A stretch of DNA of 64,000 nucleotides. Source: Patescibacteria group bacterium. Lineage in GTDB: Bacteria > Patescibacteriota > Patescibacteriia > 2-12-FULL-60-25. Shown one piece after another: positions 44,157 through 52,935 of this stretch (position 1 is its first letter; each line of letters opens with the position of its first letter). The notes beneath the pieces are model-generated. The model ran no database searches. It had not been told where the DNA came from and saw only the letters and a program-made list of their open reading frames with translations. Made by a program: the position numbers and the translations under genes. The stretch lies in contig JBAZVB010000002.1 in the NCBI GenBank assembly GCA_041661105.1, positions 299,865-363,864 of the forward strand, in the 5' to 3' direction.

Positions 44157-45503
44157 ATGAAGACGACGTTTTGGATGACTCTTGTTCTCGTGAGTGCGCT
44201 CGTCGGCTGTGCATTCGACCCCCAGCCCGAAAACGCTGGTGGTTCATCTGGCACAGCTGGAACGGCTGGCGTTGGCGGCGCGGGCGGAACCGGCGGCAAC
44301 AGCTGCGTCCCCAACTGCGGCGGCAACAGCGGCGCGGGCGGTTCGACGAAGGTCTGCAACGCGGGCAGCTTGGCTGCTTGCGAGTGCACGCCCGGCGTGT
44401 GGGGTCAGAAGACCTGCAACGCCGACGAAAAGGGCTACGGAGCCTGCTCGTGCGTTCAGCCCGGCGTGTTCTGCCGCGATGCGGACGGCGACAGCTTCGG
44501 TGATCCGAAGCAGTGCGCGCAGTACCAGAACCAGCCGAACGGCTATGTCGCGAACAGCGGCGACTGCGACGACAGCAACGCTGATGTCAAACCGAGTGCA
44601 AACGAGATCTGCGGCAACAAAATCGACGACAACTGCAACGGGCAGATCGACGAGAATTGTGCGCAGAACTACACCTTCTTCCCTGACAACGACCATGACG
44701 GTCATGGTGCGCAGGGAAGCCAGGGTGTCCAGTTCACGACGCTCACCCCGCCGTACGGCTACGCCGTGACTGCGGACGACTGCGACGACAACAACGCGGC
44801 CGTGTACAACACGTGCGGCCAGGTCTGCGTCCCCGGAGCTTCCGTCACCTGCAGTTGCGGCGCCGGATCCTACGGGAACCAGATCTGCAACTCGGCTGGC
44901 ACGGGCTTCGGCACTTGCCAGAACTGCAGCGGCGGAACTGGTGGCAGCGGCGGAACCGGCGGATCGGGACCTCACCCCACGGACTGCTCGGATCTCTCGG
45001 GCCAGAAGACGCTTCACCTCGTCGTCAATGCTCGAGCTGGGGTCACCATCCAGGTGCGCGGTGCGGCAACGTTCTGGGGCAACTACAACCAGGACGACAG
45101 CCCGGCCATGGCCTGGTGCGGACACTGGCAAGTTCCGGGGTACTACAACGACACCCCGGTTCTGAGCGCGGTGCAGCATCTCGAGGCTGACATTCCTGTT
45201 GCCATCGAGAGCAACGGCAAGGACATCCTGATCGCCGGCATCCCGCAGTGGATGGCATGGCGCGGTCAGGTATACCTCCTCGATCCCGGCAACACGGACA
45301 TCTGGCACGCCCGCTACGCATTCACCGTCAATCCGGTGGGTGCCAAAGCCGCACTTCAGGGCGATGAGTCCTGCACGCTGTACTTCGACGGCAAGGCGAT
45401 CACGGACAACTACTGCCGCGCGCTTCCGGGTGTGGGTTTCCACCAGGCCCCGAATCTGACCACTGGTCAGAACGGAGTCGTGGACAACCCGCTGAACCCG
45501 TAA
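44157..45503 (+). CDS. GC-rich lipoprotein B with MopE-type Cys/Asp 'putative metal-binding' motifs
   Basis: AAGGAGAAGG RBS. MKTTFWMTLVLVSALVGC lipobox. DADGDSFGD...DCDDSNADVKPSANEICGNKIDDNCNGQIDE and DNDHDGHG...DCDDNNAAVYN. Gly-rich linkers. Confidence 0.65.
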   Translation: MKTTFWMTLVLVSALVGCAFDPQPENAGGSSGTAGTAGVGGAGGTGGNSCVPNCGGNSGAGGSTKVCNAGSLAACECTPGVWGQKTCNADEKGYGACSCVQPGVFCRDADGDSFGDPKQCAQYQNQPNGYVANSGDCDDSNADVKPSANEICGNKIDDNCNGQIDENCAQNYTFFPDNDHDGHGAQGSQGVQFTTLTPPYGYAVTADDCDDNNAAVYNTCGQVCVPGASVTCSCGAGSYGNQICNSAGTGFGTCQNCSGGTGGSGGTGGSGPHPTDCSDLSGQKTLHLVVNARAGVTIQVRGAATFWGNYNQDDSPAMAWCGHWQVPGYYNDTPVLSAVQHLEADIPVAIESNGKDILIAGIPQWMAWRGQVYLLDPGNTDIWHARYAFTVNPVGAKAALQGDESCTLYFDGKAITDNYCRALPGVGFHQAPNLTTGQNGVVDNPLNP

Positions 45504-45571
45504 CAGCGGCAATCGCGATCGTAGCCCCCATAACTGAGCTCAGGGGCTGACGGTCAAACAACTTCAACTGG

Positions 45572-45610
45572 GGCGCTGGTCAGGATTGCTCATCCTGGAC
45601 CAGCGCCTTT
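45572..45610 (+). terminator. Intrinsic terminator after gene B
   Basis: ggcgctggtcagga-ttgctca-tcctggaccagcgcc followed by tttt. Confidence 0.65.
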
Positions 45611-45618
45611 TACGTTTC

Positions 45619-45795
45619 TAGTTAGACGATAGCTGGTAGACGATAGCTAGTAGCAAGAATTTGGCTACTGTCTAATAGCTACCGGCTATCGTCTAGTTAT
45701 AATTGGCTAACTTTACATTAAAAATAGCTACTAGCTGGTAGACGATAGCTAGTAGCTAGGGTTTGGCTACCGTCTACCAGCTACCGTCTACCAGC
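45619..45795. repeat. Two tandem TAGACGATAGC-word hairpins (backbone-type repeat) inside the GC-rich cassette
   Basis: Hairpin a at 45619-45696 and hairpin b at 45725-45795. Same word family as 32311, 35382, 36141 and 6923. Confidence 0.8.
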
Positions 45796-45811
45796 TTTAA
45801 GGTTGGGGAGC

Positions 45812-45840
45812 TTGACAAATTCACTTTTTTTTGCCTAAAT
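45812..45840 (+). promoter_or_regulatory. Promoter of gene C
   Basis: TTGACA (45812-17), 17 nt, CTAAAT (45835-40). Confidence 0.45.
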
Positions 45841-45901
45841 GCAAGCACAACCCATAGGTCAGGTCGGGCTCCCAGAGCCCAATTTCGAGGAGGATATGGT
45901 C

Positions 45902-47197
45902 ATGAACAAGGTTCTTTGGACATTCATCATCGGTTTGTTCAGCCTCGTGCTGAGCAGCCAAGCCTGGGCTGATCCCACGGCCATCGAGAAGTGCGCGGAC
46001 GCCTGCGCTCGAACCGTCAACGTCTGTCTGAACGTCAGCACGGTCGATCCACCGGTTCTGCCGGATATGGCGGTGGCCTGCAAGGACATCACCGAGTGTA
46101 AGGGCGTGGACGCCACGTTGTTCGCCACGTACTCGAAGTGGTTTGCGGAATGCGTCAAGAATCCCGGCTCCTGTCATCAAGCTTGCATCGCGCCCAAGGT
46201 CACTCCTGCGCCGACCGGCGGTACCGGGCAAACGCCTCCACCGCCCCCGCCCAAGTCGCAGCCTGCCCCCATGTCCGAAAAGGACAAGTGCGTCAAGATC
46301 CATCACGGTTACTACACCGGGATCAAGACGGAGGACGGCAAGTTCATTGAACGGTGCTACAAGATCTCGAACGCCGAGCACGATGTCGAGGCACTCAAGG
46401 CCGAGGTGGCTGCGATCAAGGCAAGGCTCGACAACGGTCAGCCCGCGGGTATCTCTCCCATGGTCATGTACCTCTACTGGCAGGTCTACCAGTTGAGCCT
46501 GGCTTCCAACGGCCACACCGAAGTCCTGAACGAGGCACGTCGCATCGTCACAGAGTTCGACGGACTCAAGAAGCGTGTCGAGGGTCTCGAGAAGCGCATG
46601 GGCGATGCTGAGCACAACATCAGTGTTGTGACTGGCAAGGTCGCTACCTTGGAAGGTCGGCCAGGATCGTCTCCGGGTCAACCGGGCGGTACGAAGCTTG
46701 TCATCAACAGGGCAGGATTGCCTTGCTGGCTCGGCGGCTACGGGTCGGTCAACACCCACAAGGTGTACGATCATCTCATCGGCTCCATCGGTGGGGAACT
46801 CGGTTGCTCGCTCTTCGGCTCCAACGACGGCGCGCACAGTTTCGTCCTGGGCGGCGGCGGCGGGTTCGTACCGAGCGAGTACTTCGCTCACAAGCTCGTC
46901 GAGCTCCATGCTCTAGCAGGGTACAAGTATCGTGGTGCAGACTACGAGCTCCTGATGACCGGTTCCGGCAAGTGGTTCAACACAACCACCTTCGAGACCG
47001 GGACCATGAGCTGGTACGGCGTCCTGCCCGAGGCCCGCTATCTCTTCGGCTCTGACAAGAACTGGTTCGTGGGCGGTCGGCTTGGTCTAGGCGTGATGAA
47101 TGTTGCGCCTCCTTTCCCGCCTGATGTGATGGCGAATGGAAGGCAGACGTCCTTCAGCGCCAACCTGTCAGGCTTGCTCGGCGCTTCGTTCCGATGA
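45902..47197 (+). CDS. GC-rich secreted protein C, distant paralogue of protein A
   Basis: GAGGAGG RBS 8 nt upstream. MNKVLWTFIIGLFSLVLSSQAWA signal. Same order of Cys-rich, Pro-rich (PPPPPPKSQP), coiled-coil and beta-rich parts. Shared LPDMA..CKD and EFDG motifs with A. Confidence 0.65.
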   Translation: MNKVLWTFIIGLFSLVLSSQAWADPTAIEKCADACARTVNVCLNVSTVDPPVLPDMAVACKDITECKGVDATLFATYSKWFAECVKNPGSCHQACIAPKVTPAPTGGTGQTPPPPPPKSQPAPMSEKDKCVKIHHGYYTGIKTEDGKFIERCYKISNAEHDVEALKAEVAAIKARLDNGQPAGISPMVMYLYWQVYQLSLASNGHTEVLNEARRIVTEFDGLKKRVEGLEKRMGDAEHNISVVTGKVATLEGRPGSSPGQPGGTKLVINRAGLPCWLGGYGSVNTHKVYDHLIGSIGGELGCSLFGSNDGAHSFVLGGGGGFVPSEYFAHKLVELHALAGYKYRGADYELLMTGSGKWFNTTTFETGTMSWYGVLPEARYLFGSDKNWFVGGRLGLGVMNVAPPFPPDVMANGRQTSFSANLSGLLGASFR

Positions 47198-47230
47198 CAC
47201 GACCCTGACCAGGTCCTCCTCCTCGCTACC

Positions 47231-47267
47231 GCGGTCTTGCTAATCACAGCAAGACCGCTCTTTTTTT
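47231..47267 (+). terminator. Intrinsic terminator ending the GC-rich cassette
   Basis: gcggtcttgct-aatcac-agcaagaccgc followed by tcttttttt. Confidence 0.8.
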
Positions 47268-47294
47268 ATCATGCACTTCACGTCCTCCCAGTCT

Positions 47295-47366
47295 GTCATC
47301 CTGAACTTGTTTCAGGATCCCAGCACCAATTGCTACGTGAGATGCCGAAACAAGTTCGGCATGACG
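47295..47366. repeat. Full gtcatcctgaac... two-hairpin element upstream of holB
   Basis: gtcatcctgaacttgtttcaggatc-ccagcaccaattgctacgt-gagatgccgaaacaagttcggcatgac. Confidence 0.85.
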
Positions 47367-47405
47367 AAAAGAATGACAGATTGTTTCTTATGCTATAATG
47401 GTTTT

Positions 47406-48338
47406 ATGCCCGGATATTGGGATGAAATCATCGGCCACAAGCCAGTGGTCAAGCTTTTGGACTTATGGGTTGAACACCCGGCTTTTTCATATCTCTTTTA
47501 CGGACCGGCCCATTTGGGCAAATCGGCCGTGGCTGAAAAGTTCGTCAGAGCCTTGGTGGGCGAGACTGATCTCAAAGATTTAAATTTGCATCCAGACATC
47601 GTCATGTTCTTGCCAGAAGAGGGGAAGAAAGATATTTCCGTCGAACAAGTCAGAAAGAATCGTCTCCGCTTGTATGAACGCCCGCAGATTGCCCAAAGAG
47701 TCGTAGCTTTTTTACCCAAGCTTGATCGTCTGAACGAAACGGGTTTCAACGCCTTGCTCAAGGTCATGGAAGAACCACCGGCTGACGCGGTTTTTATTTC
47801 AGTCGCGGAAAATCTGGCGCGCCTTCCTTCAACCATTGTCAGTCGAACGGTTTGCGTGCCTTTTGGTTTAGTTTCACAAAAAGAAATTCAAGCCGGATTG
47901 GAATTAAAAGGCATGGAACCGGAAGAAGCTAAAAGACGCGCCGGCGAAAGTCGCGGGCGTCCCGGATTGGCCATAGAGGAAGATCAAAGCAAGGAAGCGT
48001 TTATGGAAGCGGCTAATCAGTACGCGCTTGGCCCCACGGTCGGCCATCGCTTGGCCGCCTCTGAGAAGTTGCGACAAGCTTGTGAGTCCAGCGAAGACAC
48101 ATCTTCGGCTTGGACTTCTGCTTTGGAAGCTTGTATGTTGGCTCTGCGCCAGGATTTCTTAAAACGGACGCGTGAGACTCTAATTTTGGGGCAGGGCATC
48201 GCCGACGCCATGGCCAGCATCAACGGCCCGGTCCAACCGCGTTTTTTGCTGGATGCCGCCGCCCTTCAGGTCTCCCGTAATTTTTTACTCATGCCAAATC
48301 TTTATCCAAGATATTTTCCTCTAAGTTTAACTGTTTAA
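47406..48338 (+). CDS. holB: DNA polymerase III delta-prime subunit
   Basis: IIGHKPVVKLL...LFYGPAHLGKSAVAEKF (Walker-A-like) and LLKVMEEPP. Start chosen downstream of the repeat. Confidence 0.8.
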   Translation: MPGYWDEIIGHKPVVKLLDLWVEHPAFSYLFYGPAHLGKSAVAEKFVRALVGETDLKDLNLHPDIVMFLPEEGKKDISVEQVRKNRLRLYERPQIAQRVVAFLPKLDRLNETGFNALLKVMEEPPADAVFISVAENLARLPSTIVSRTVCVPFGLVSQKEIQAGLELKGMEPEEAKRRAGESRGRPGLAIEEDQSKEAFMEAANQYALGPTVGHRLAASEKLRQACESSEDTSSAWTSALEACMLALRQDFLKRTRETLILGQGIADAMASINGPVQPRFLLDAAALQVSRNFLLMPNLYPRYFPLSLTV

Positions 48339-48348
48339 CTCTTTGATT

Positions 48349-48415
48349 GTCATGCTGAATTTATTTCAGCATCCCACGAAGCTTCGTGAGATCCCGAAAC
48401 AAGTTCGGGATGACG
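48349..48415. repeat. Variant full copy of the two-hairpin element downstream of holB
   Basis: gtcatgctgaatttatttcagcatc-ccacgaagcttcgt-gagatcccgaaacaagttcgggatgac. Stem changes are compensatory relative to 47295. Confidence 0.85.
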
Positions 48416-48449
48416 CGTAAGGGTTTAAAATGGTAATATATTTCAAATT

Positions 48450-49523
48450 ATGCACTTACAAAACTATTGTCGCCTCGCCGCCGTCGCTCTTGGTCTGTCG
48501 CTCTTTGGCGCGGGTTGTTCTCTGACGCCGGCCAAACAAACTGTCACCGGTCCGGATGCCGGTATCTGGAAGTCATCTGACCATGGTCAAACATGGGTTA
48601 ACAAAAAAGCTTTGGTTGATGGGCCGCGCCTTTCGGCCGGAGCGGCTGAACTGGCTGTCCAGGCCATGGCTTTTGATCCTCAAGACAGGATGGCTATTTA
48701 TCTGGCTACCAAGGCCAACGGTTTAGTCTATTCTTTGGACGGGGGAGATTCCTGGCAGCGCTTCAAGAATTTAGAAGCGACCAGCATCAGAACAGTCGTC
48801 GTCGATAACAAAAACAAGTGCACCATCTACGCGACCGGGCAGAATAAAATCTACAAAACCAAGACTTGCGGACGAGATTGGCAAATTGCTTTTTTTGATC
48901 CGCGGACGGATAAACAGTTTACGCAGATTGTGTTGGATTGGTTTAACCCGACAGTGCTTTACGCCGGCACGAACGATGGAGACATTTTTAAGTCATCGGA
49001 TGAAGGCGTGACTTGGCAGATTGTAAAACGCGCCAACGCGCCTATCACTCATTTGATAGTCAGCCCTCAGGACTCGCGCATGATTTACGCTGGCACGGAC
49101 GGCGACGGCCTTTGGAAAACCACAGACGGCGGCATCACCTGGCTCCAGATCAAGAAAGAATTCGGCAATATCACCGAAGCCCGGCGCGTCATACAAATCG
49201 TGGCTGACTCGGCCAACGCCAACCATCTCTTCGTTGTTCATCGTTCGGGCATTGCCGAAAGCCTTGACCAAGGCCAGACTTGGACAGCCCTGACCCTGCT
49301 AACGGATGTGGGTGAAGGCAAAATCACTTGGATGGCCATCGATCCCAATAACAGCAAGAACCTCGTTTATACGGGCCCGACGGCGGTTGTCTTTAGCTTG
49401 GATGGGGGAAAGACCTGGGTCAGCAAGCGCTTGCCGGCTACCAGCCAAGGCTCGGTTATCGCAGTCGATTCCAAAGACGGCAACGTCATTTACCTTGGGA
49501 CAATTCCGGCACCGAAGAAATAA
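48450..49523 (+). CDS. Lipoprotein with BNR/Asp-box repeats (Ycf48/sialidase-like beta-propeller)
   Basis: Lipobox LFGAGC. Six SxDxGxTW boxes: SSDHGQTW, SLDGGDSW, SSDEGVTW, TTDGGITW, SLDQGQTW, SLDGGKTW. Confidence 0.8.
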   Translation: MHLQNYCRLAAVALGLSLFGAGCSLTPAKQTVTGPDAGIWKSSDHGQTWVNKKALVDGPRLSAGAAELAVQAMAFDPQDRMAIYLATKANGLVYSLDGGDSWQRFKNLEATSIRTVVVDNKNKCTIYATGQNKIYKTKTCGRDWQIAFFDPRTDKQFTQIVLDWFNPTVLYAGTNDGDIFKSSDEGVTWQIVKRANAPITHLIVSPQDSRMIYAGTDGDGLWKTTDGGITWLQIKKEFGNITEARRVIQIVADSANANHLFVVHRSGIAESLDQGQTWTALTLLTDVGEGKITWMAIDPNNSKNLVYTGPTAVVFSLDGGKTWVSKRLPATSQGSVIAVDSKDGNVIYLGTIPAPKK

Positions 49524-49627
49524 TCAAAATCCAAAAACCAAATAACAATGTCCAAATTTGGTGATTGGTTTTTGGCTTTCGAGAATTGACGAAAGTCGCG
49601 AAATCTAGCATACTAGGTTTAAGTTTT

Positions 49628-50182
49628 ATGTCTCAATATATTCAAACCGCACAGCAGGAATTTGATCAGGCTATCGAACATTTGGCCAAGGACCTCAAGA
49701 ACCTTCGTACCAACCGGGCGAGTGCCGGTTTAGTGGAAGACATCCGCGTCCAGGCGTATGACTCGAACATGGACATGAAAAGCGTGGCCTCAATCACCAC
49801 GCCCGATGCGCGCACCATCCAGATCGAGCCTTGGGACAAGAATTTAGTTAAAGAAATAGAAAAAGCCATTGCGGGTTCGGGTTTGGGCATCAACCCCAAG
49901 ATTGCGGGCACGGTCATCCATATCAACCTACCTCCCATGACCGAGGAAAATCGCAAAGATTTGGTCAAAGTCATCGGGCAGAAAGCCGAAGCCACGCGCA
50001 TCAGCGTCAGAAACATCAGGGAAGATGCGCGTTCCAAGGTTATGCAAGATGAAAAAGCCAAAGTCATTTCGGAAGACGAGCGCTTTTCTTTATTGGAGCA
50101 GTTGGATAAGTCGGTGACTAAGGCTAACGAAAAAATCCAAGAGCTGGCTGATGAAAAGGAAAAGGATGTAATGGAGATTTAA
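49628..50182 (+). CDS. frr: Ribosome recycling factor
   Basis: Start at MSQYIQTAQQEFDQAIEHL. NLRTNRASAGLVEDIRV and LPPMTEENRKDLVK. TTGACG-17-CATACT promoter at 49587-49621. Confidence 0.95.
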   Translation: MSQYIQTAQQEFDQAIEHLAKDLKNLRTNRASAGLVEDIRVQAYDSNMDMKSVASITTPDARTIQIEPWDKNLVKEIEKAIAGSGLGINPKIAGTVIHINLPPMTEENRKDLVKVIGQKAEATRISVRNIREDARSKVMQDEKAKVISEDERFSLLEQLDKSVTKANEKIQELADEKEKDVMEI

Positions 50183-50224
50183 ACAACGTCCTGAGCGTCC
50201 TTAACGTCCTACACGTCCTAAAAT

Positions 50225-51619
50225 ATGCCAAAAGAAAATGATTTGATGGAAAAAATCGTCTCCTTGTGCAAAAGGCGCGGTTTTGTTTTTCCGGGCAGCG
50301 AAATTTACGGCGGTTTTGCCAACTCTTACACTTATGGCCCATACGGTGTTGAACTGAAAAATAACATTAAAGCCCTTTGGTGGAAGAAATTCGTTCAGGA
50401 TAGGGAAGACATGGTCGGAATGGATGGTCCCATTATTTTGCATCCGCGCGTTTGGGAGGCTTCGGGCCATACCGGCGGTTTTAATGATGCCATGGTCGAC
50501 TGTAAAAATTGCAAAAAGCGTTTCCGGGCTGACCATCTGGTTGAAGACGCTACGGGAGAAGACCTTGAAGGCAAGTTGGATGAAATGAAAAAGATTTTGG
50601 ATGAAAAAATCAAGTGTCCCAATTGCGGAAAACAGAACTGGACCGAAGTGCGGAATTTTAACCTCATGTTCAAAACCCAGCTGAATACCACGGATGACGC
50701 TAAAGAGGAGTTTGCCTACCTGCGTCCGGAAACGGCAGGAGCCATTTTTATCGAGTTTAAAAACATCTTGGATTCCACGCGCATGAAGGTCCCGTTTGGC
50801 ATCGCCCAAATTGGAAAGTCGTTCCGCAATGAAATCGTGGCCGGCAATTTTATTTTTCGTTTGAGGGAATTTGAGATCATGGAATTGGAATACTTTATCA
50901 ATCCCAAAGCCGATTGGGAAAAGCTGTTTGAAGAGTGGTTGCTGCAGCAAGAGGAGTTCGCTTTGGCTTTAGGCGTCAAACGTGAAAAACTGCGCCGCCG
51001 TGAGCATCCCAAGGAAAAACTGGCCCATTACTCGCGCAAAACCGTAGACATTGAATTTGATTTCGGGTTTGGGGGGTTCAAAGAACTTTTCGGGCTTGCG
51101 CATCGCGGGGATTTCGATTTATCCCAACATGCTAAATTCTCCGGCCAGAAGTTGGATTATCTTGATCCCGAAAGTAACGAACGATACGTGCCGCAGGTTT
51201 TGGAACCAACTTTTGGTTTGGATCGTAGCATTCTCGCCGCCTTAGTGGCGGCTTACGTTGAAGAAGATGTGAACGGTGAGACCCGTGTTGTCATGAAATT
51301 CCCAAGTCGCATCGCTCCGGTTAAAGTGGCTATTTTCCCGTTGCTCAAGAACAAGCCGGACTTAGTTAAAAAAGCCAGATCAATCCACGACTCGCTGCGC
51401 AAGCAATTTACCTGTGAGTTTGACGATAACGGCAATGTTGGCAAGCGCTACCGCCGCCAGGACGAAATCGGCACGCCGTATTGCATCACGGTTGATTTTG
51501 ATACTTTGGAAAATGATACGGTGACCGTGCGCGACCGTGACACCATGCAACAGGATAGAGTAGCCGTCAGCGAACTCGAAGCCTGGTTAAAATCGCACCT
51601 CAGCGGATCGACAGAGTAA
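50225..51619 (+). CDS. glyQS: Glycine--tRNA ligase (dimeric GlyQS type)
   Basis: FRNEI..REFEIMELEYF class II motif 2 region and the C-terminal anticodon-binding domain. Confidence 0.95.
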   Translation: MPKENDLMEKIVSLCKRRGFVFPGSEIYGGFANSYTYGPYGVELKNNIKALWWKKFVQDREDMVGMDGPIILHPRVWEASGHTGGFNDAMVDCKNCKKRFRADHLVEDATGEDLEGKLDEMKKILDEKIKCPNCGKQNWTEVRNFNLMFKTQLNTTDDAKEEFAYLRPETAGAIFIEFKNILDSTRMKVPFGIAQIGKSFRNEIVAGNFIFRLREFEIMELEYFINPKADWEKLFEEWLLQQEEFALALGVKREKLRRREHPKEKLAHYSRKTVDIEFDFGFGGFKELFGLAHRGDFDLSQHAKFSGQKLDYLDPESNERYVPQVLEPTFGLDRSILAALVAAYVEEDVNGETRVVMKFPSRIAPVKVAIFPLLKNKPDLVKKARSIHDSLRKQFTCEFDDNGNVGKRYRRQDEIGTPYCITVDFDTLENDTVTVRDRDTMQQDRVAVSELEAWLKSHLSGSTE

Positions 51620-51621
51620 AT

Positions 51622-52935
51622 ATGGAGACAGTCAAACGTCAGACATTAAAGAACGGGATGTCGCTGATTATTGCCCCCCAAAAAGGCGCGGAATCAATGA
51701 CGCTTTTGGTTTTGATCAAGGTCGGATCACGCTACGAGCCGCTTAAATTAAATGGAGCTTCCCACATGGTGGAGCATCTCATGTTTAAAGGGACTAAGCG
51801 CCGCCCCTCGACTCTGATGATCTCAAAAGAGCTGGATCGCTACGGTGCGGAATACAATGCCTACACTGGCAAGGATTTGACCGGGTATTACATCAAAATG
51901 GACGCGGCTCATACGGACAATGCCATTGATTTGTTGCATGACATGCTTTTTCATTCGTTGTTTGACCCAAAGGAAATGGATCGCGAACGGATGGTCATCA
52001 CCGAAGAGATTAAGATGTATAACGATAACCCGCGGGAGCACATCTCGGAATTATTAGAACAACACTTGTTTACGGGTTCATCTTTGGGCCGGAATATCGC
52101 GGGAACGCGGCAGAGTGTCGAAAGGATCAGTCGTCGTGACTTAGTTTCTTACAAAGATGCGTATTACATACCGTCCCGCATGACAGTCGCCATCGCCGGT
52201 AAGATTACGCCGGACGCCGTCAACCGGGTGAAGAGGACTTTTGGCAACGTCCCCAAGCCCAAACAAACTAAAGACATGCCCTTTGCTTGTTTCAAACTAC
52301 CCGTGAAGGCTAAACAGCCTTTGGCCCTGCAAAAGAAAGATACGGAGCAGACGCAAATGGCTTTGAGTTTTTATGGTTTGCCGTTTGGTCATAAAGACAG
52401 GCATGTGGCTTCTCTGCTATCCAATATTTTAGGCGGCAGCATGTCATCTCGTCTGTTTACGGAAATTCGGGAACGCCGAGGCTTGTGCTATGCCATTGGT
52501 TCATCTCATGAATCATTGGAAGACATCGGCTCATTCACCATTGCGGCCGGGTTGGATCACAGCCGCCTCAAAGAGGCTTTACAGGCGATATATGGCGAAT
52601 TAAACAAGATTATTCAGGAAAACGTCGGCCACGAAGAGCTGACCCTGGCCAAAGACCATATCCGCGGCCGATTGGCGTTGGCTTTCGAGGATTCGGCTGT
52701 TCGGGCGGAGTGGTATGGACGTCAATGGCTTTATGAGCGTAAAGTGGAGTCCCCAGAGGCCAGGGTTAAACAAATCCAGCAGATTACGGCCGGGGACATC
52801 AGGCGGGTAGCCGCTTCGATCCTTGTTCCGAGGCGGATGGTGCTGGCGGCCATTGGGCCCAGTGCTGAGCCAAAAATTTTCAACAAAGCAATGAACATGG
52901 AACATACAACATGGAACATGGAACATAGAATATGA
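51622..52935 (+). CDS. M16 family zinc peptidase (pitrilysin-like)
   Basis: HMVEHLMFKGT (HxxEH). The C-terminus NMEHTTWNMEHRI is encoded by catggaaca word repeats. Confidence 0.85.
   Translation: METVKRQTLKNGMSLIIAPQKGAESMTLLVLIKVGSRYEPLKLNGASHMVEHLMFKGTKRRPSTLMISKELDRYGAEYNAYTGKDLTGYYIKMDAAHTDNAIDLLHDMLFHSLFDPKEMDRERMVITEEIKMYNDNPREHISELLEQHLFTGSSLGRNIAGTRQSVERISRRDLVSYKDAYYIPSRMTVAIAGKITPDAVNRVKRTFGNVPKPKQTKDMPFACFKLPVKAKQPLALQKKDTEQTQMALSFYGLPFGHKDRHVASLLSNILGGSMSSRLFTEIRERRGLCYAIGSSHESLEDIGSFTIAAGLDHSRLKEALQAIYGELNKIIQENVGHEELTLAKDHIRGRLALAFEDSAVRAEWYGRQWLYERKVESPEARVKQIQQITAGDIRRVAASILVPRRMVLAAIGPSAEPKIFNKAMNMEHTTWNMEHRI

Noticed and set aside
45619-45795. Tandem short repeats as a CRISPR array. 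The same applies to the other word tracts.
   Set aside because: The units are 6-12 nt words with no unique spacers of 25-40 nt. They are arranged as inverted arms, and no cas genes are present.
42187-47267. GC-rich cassette as an assembly chimera or contaminant contig.
   Set aside because: Backbone-type word hairpins (45619..45795), TTGACA promoters and the gtcatcctgaac element are interleaved with and flank the GC-rich genes, so the junctions look native. Only read mapping can fully exclude a chimera.
47271-47405. N-terminal extension of holB (MHFTSSQSVILNLFQDPSTNCYVRCRNKFGMTKR...), and likewise the 16603 start of the last array gene.
   Set aside because: These residues are a translation of the gtcatcctgaac repeat element. 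Conserved HolB sequence begins at the Met at 47406.
50201-50950. 249-aa minus-strand ORF. The same applies to the antisense ORFs inside dnaE, clpC, thrS, the 966-aa gene and others.
   Set aside because: All are antisense to genes with unambiguous conserved motifs, and none has a recognisable domain.
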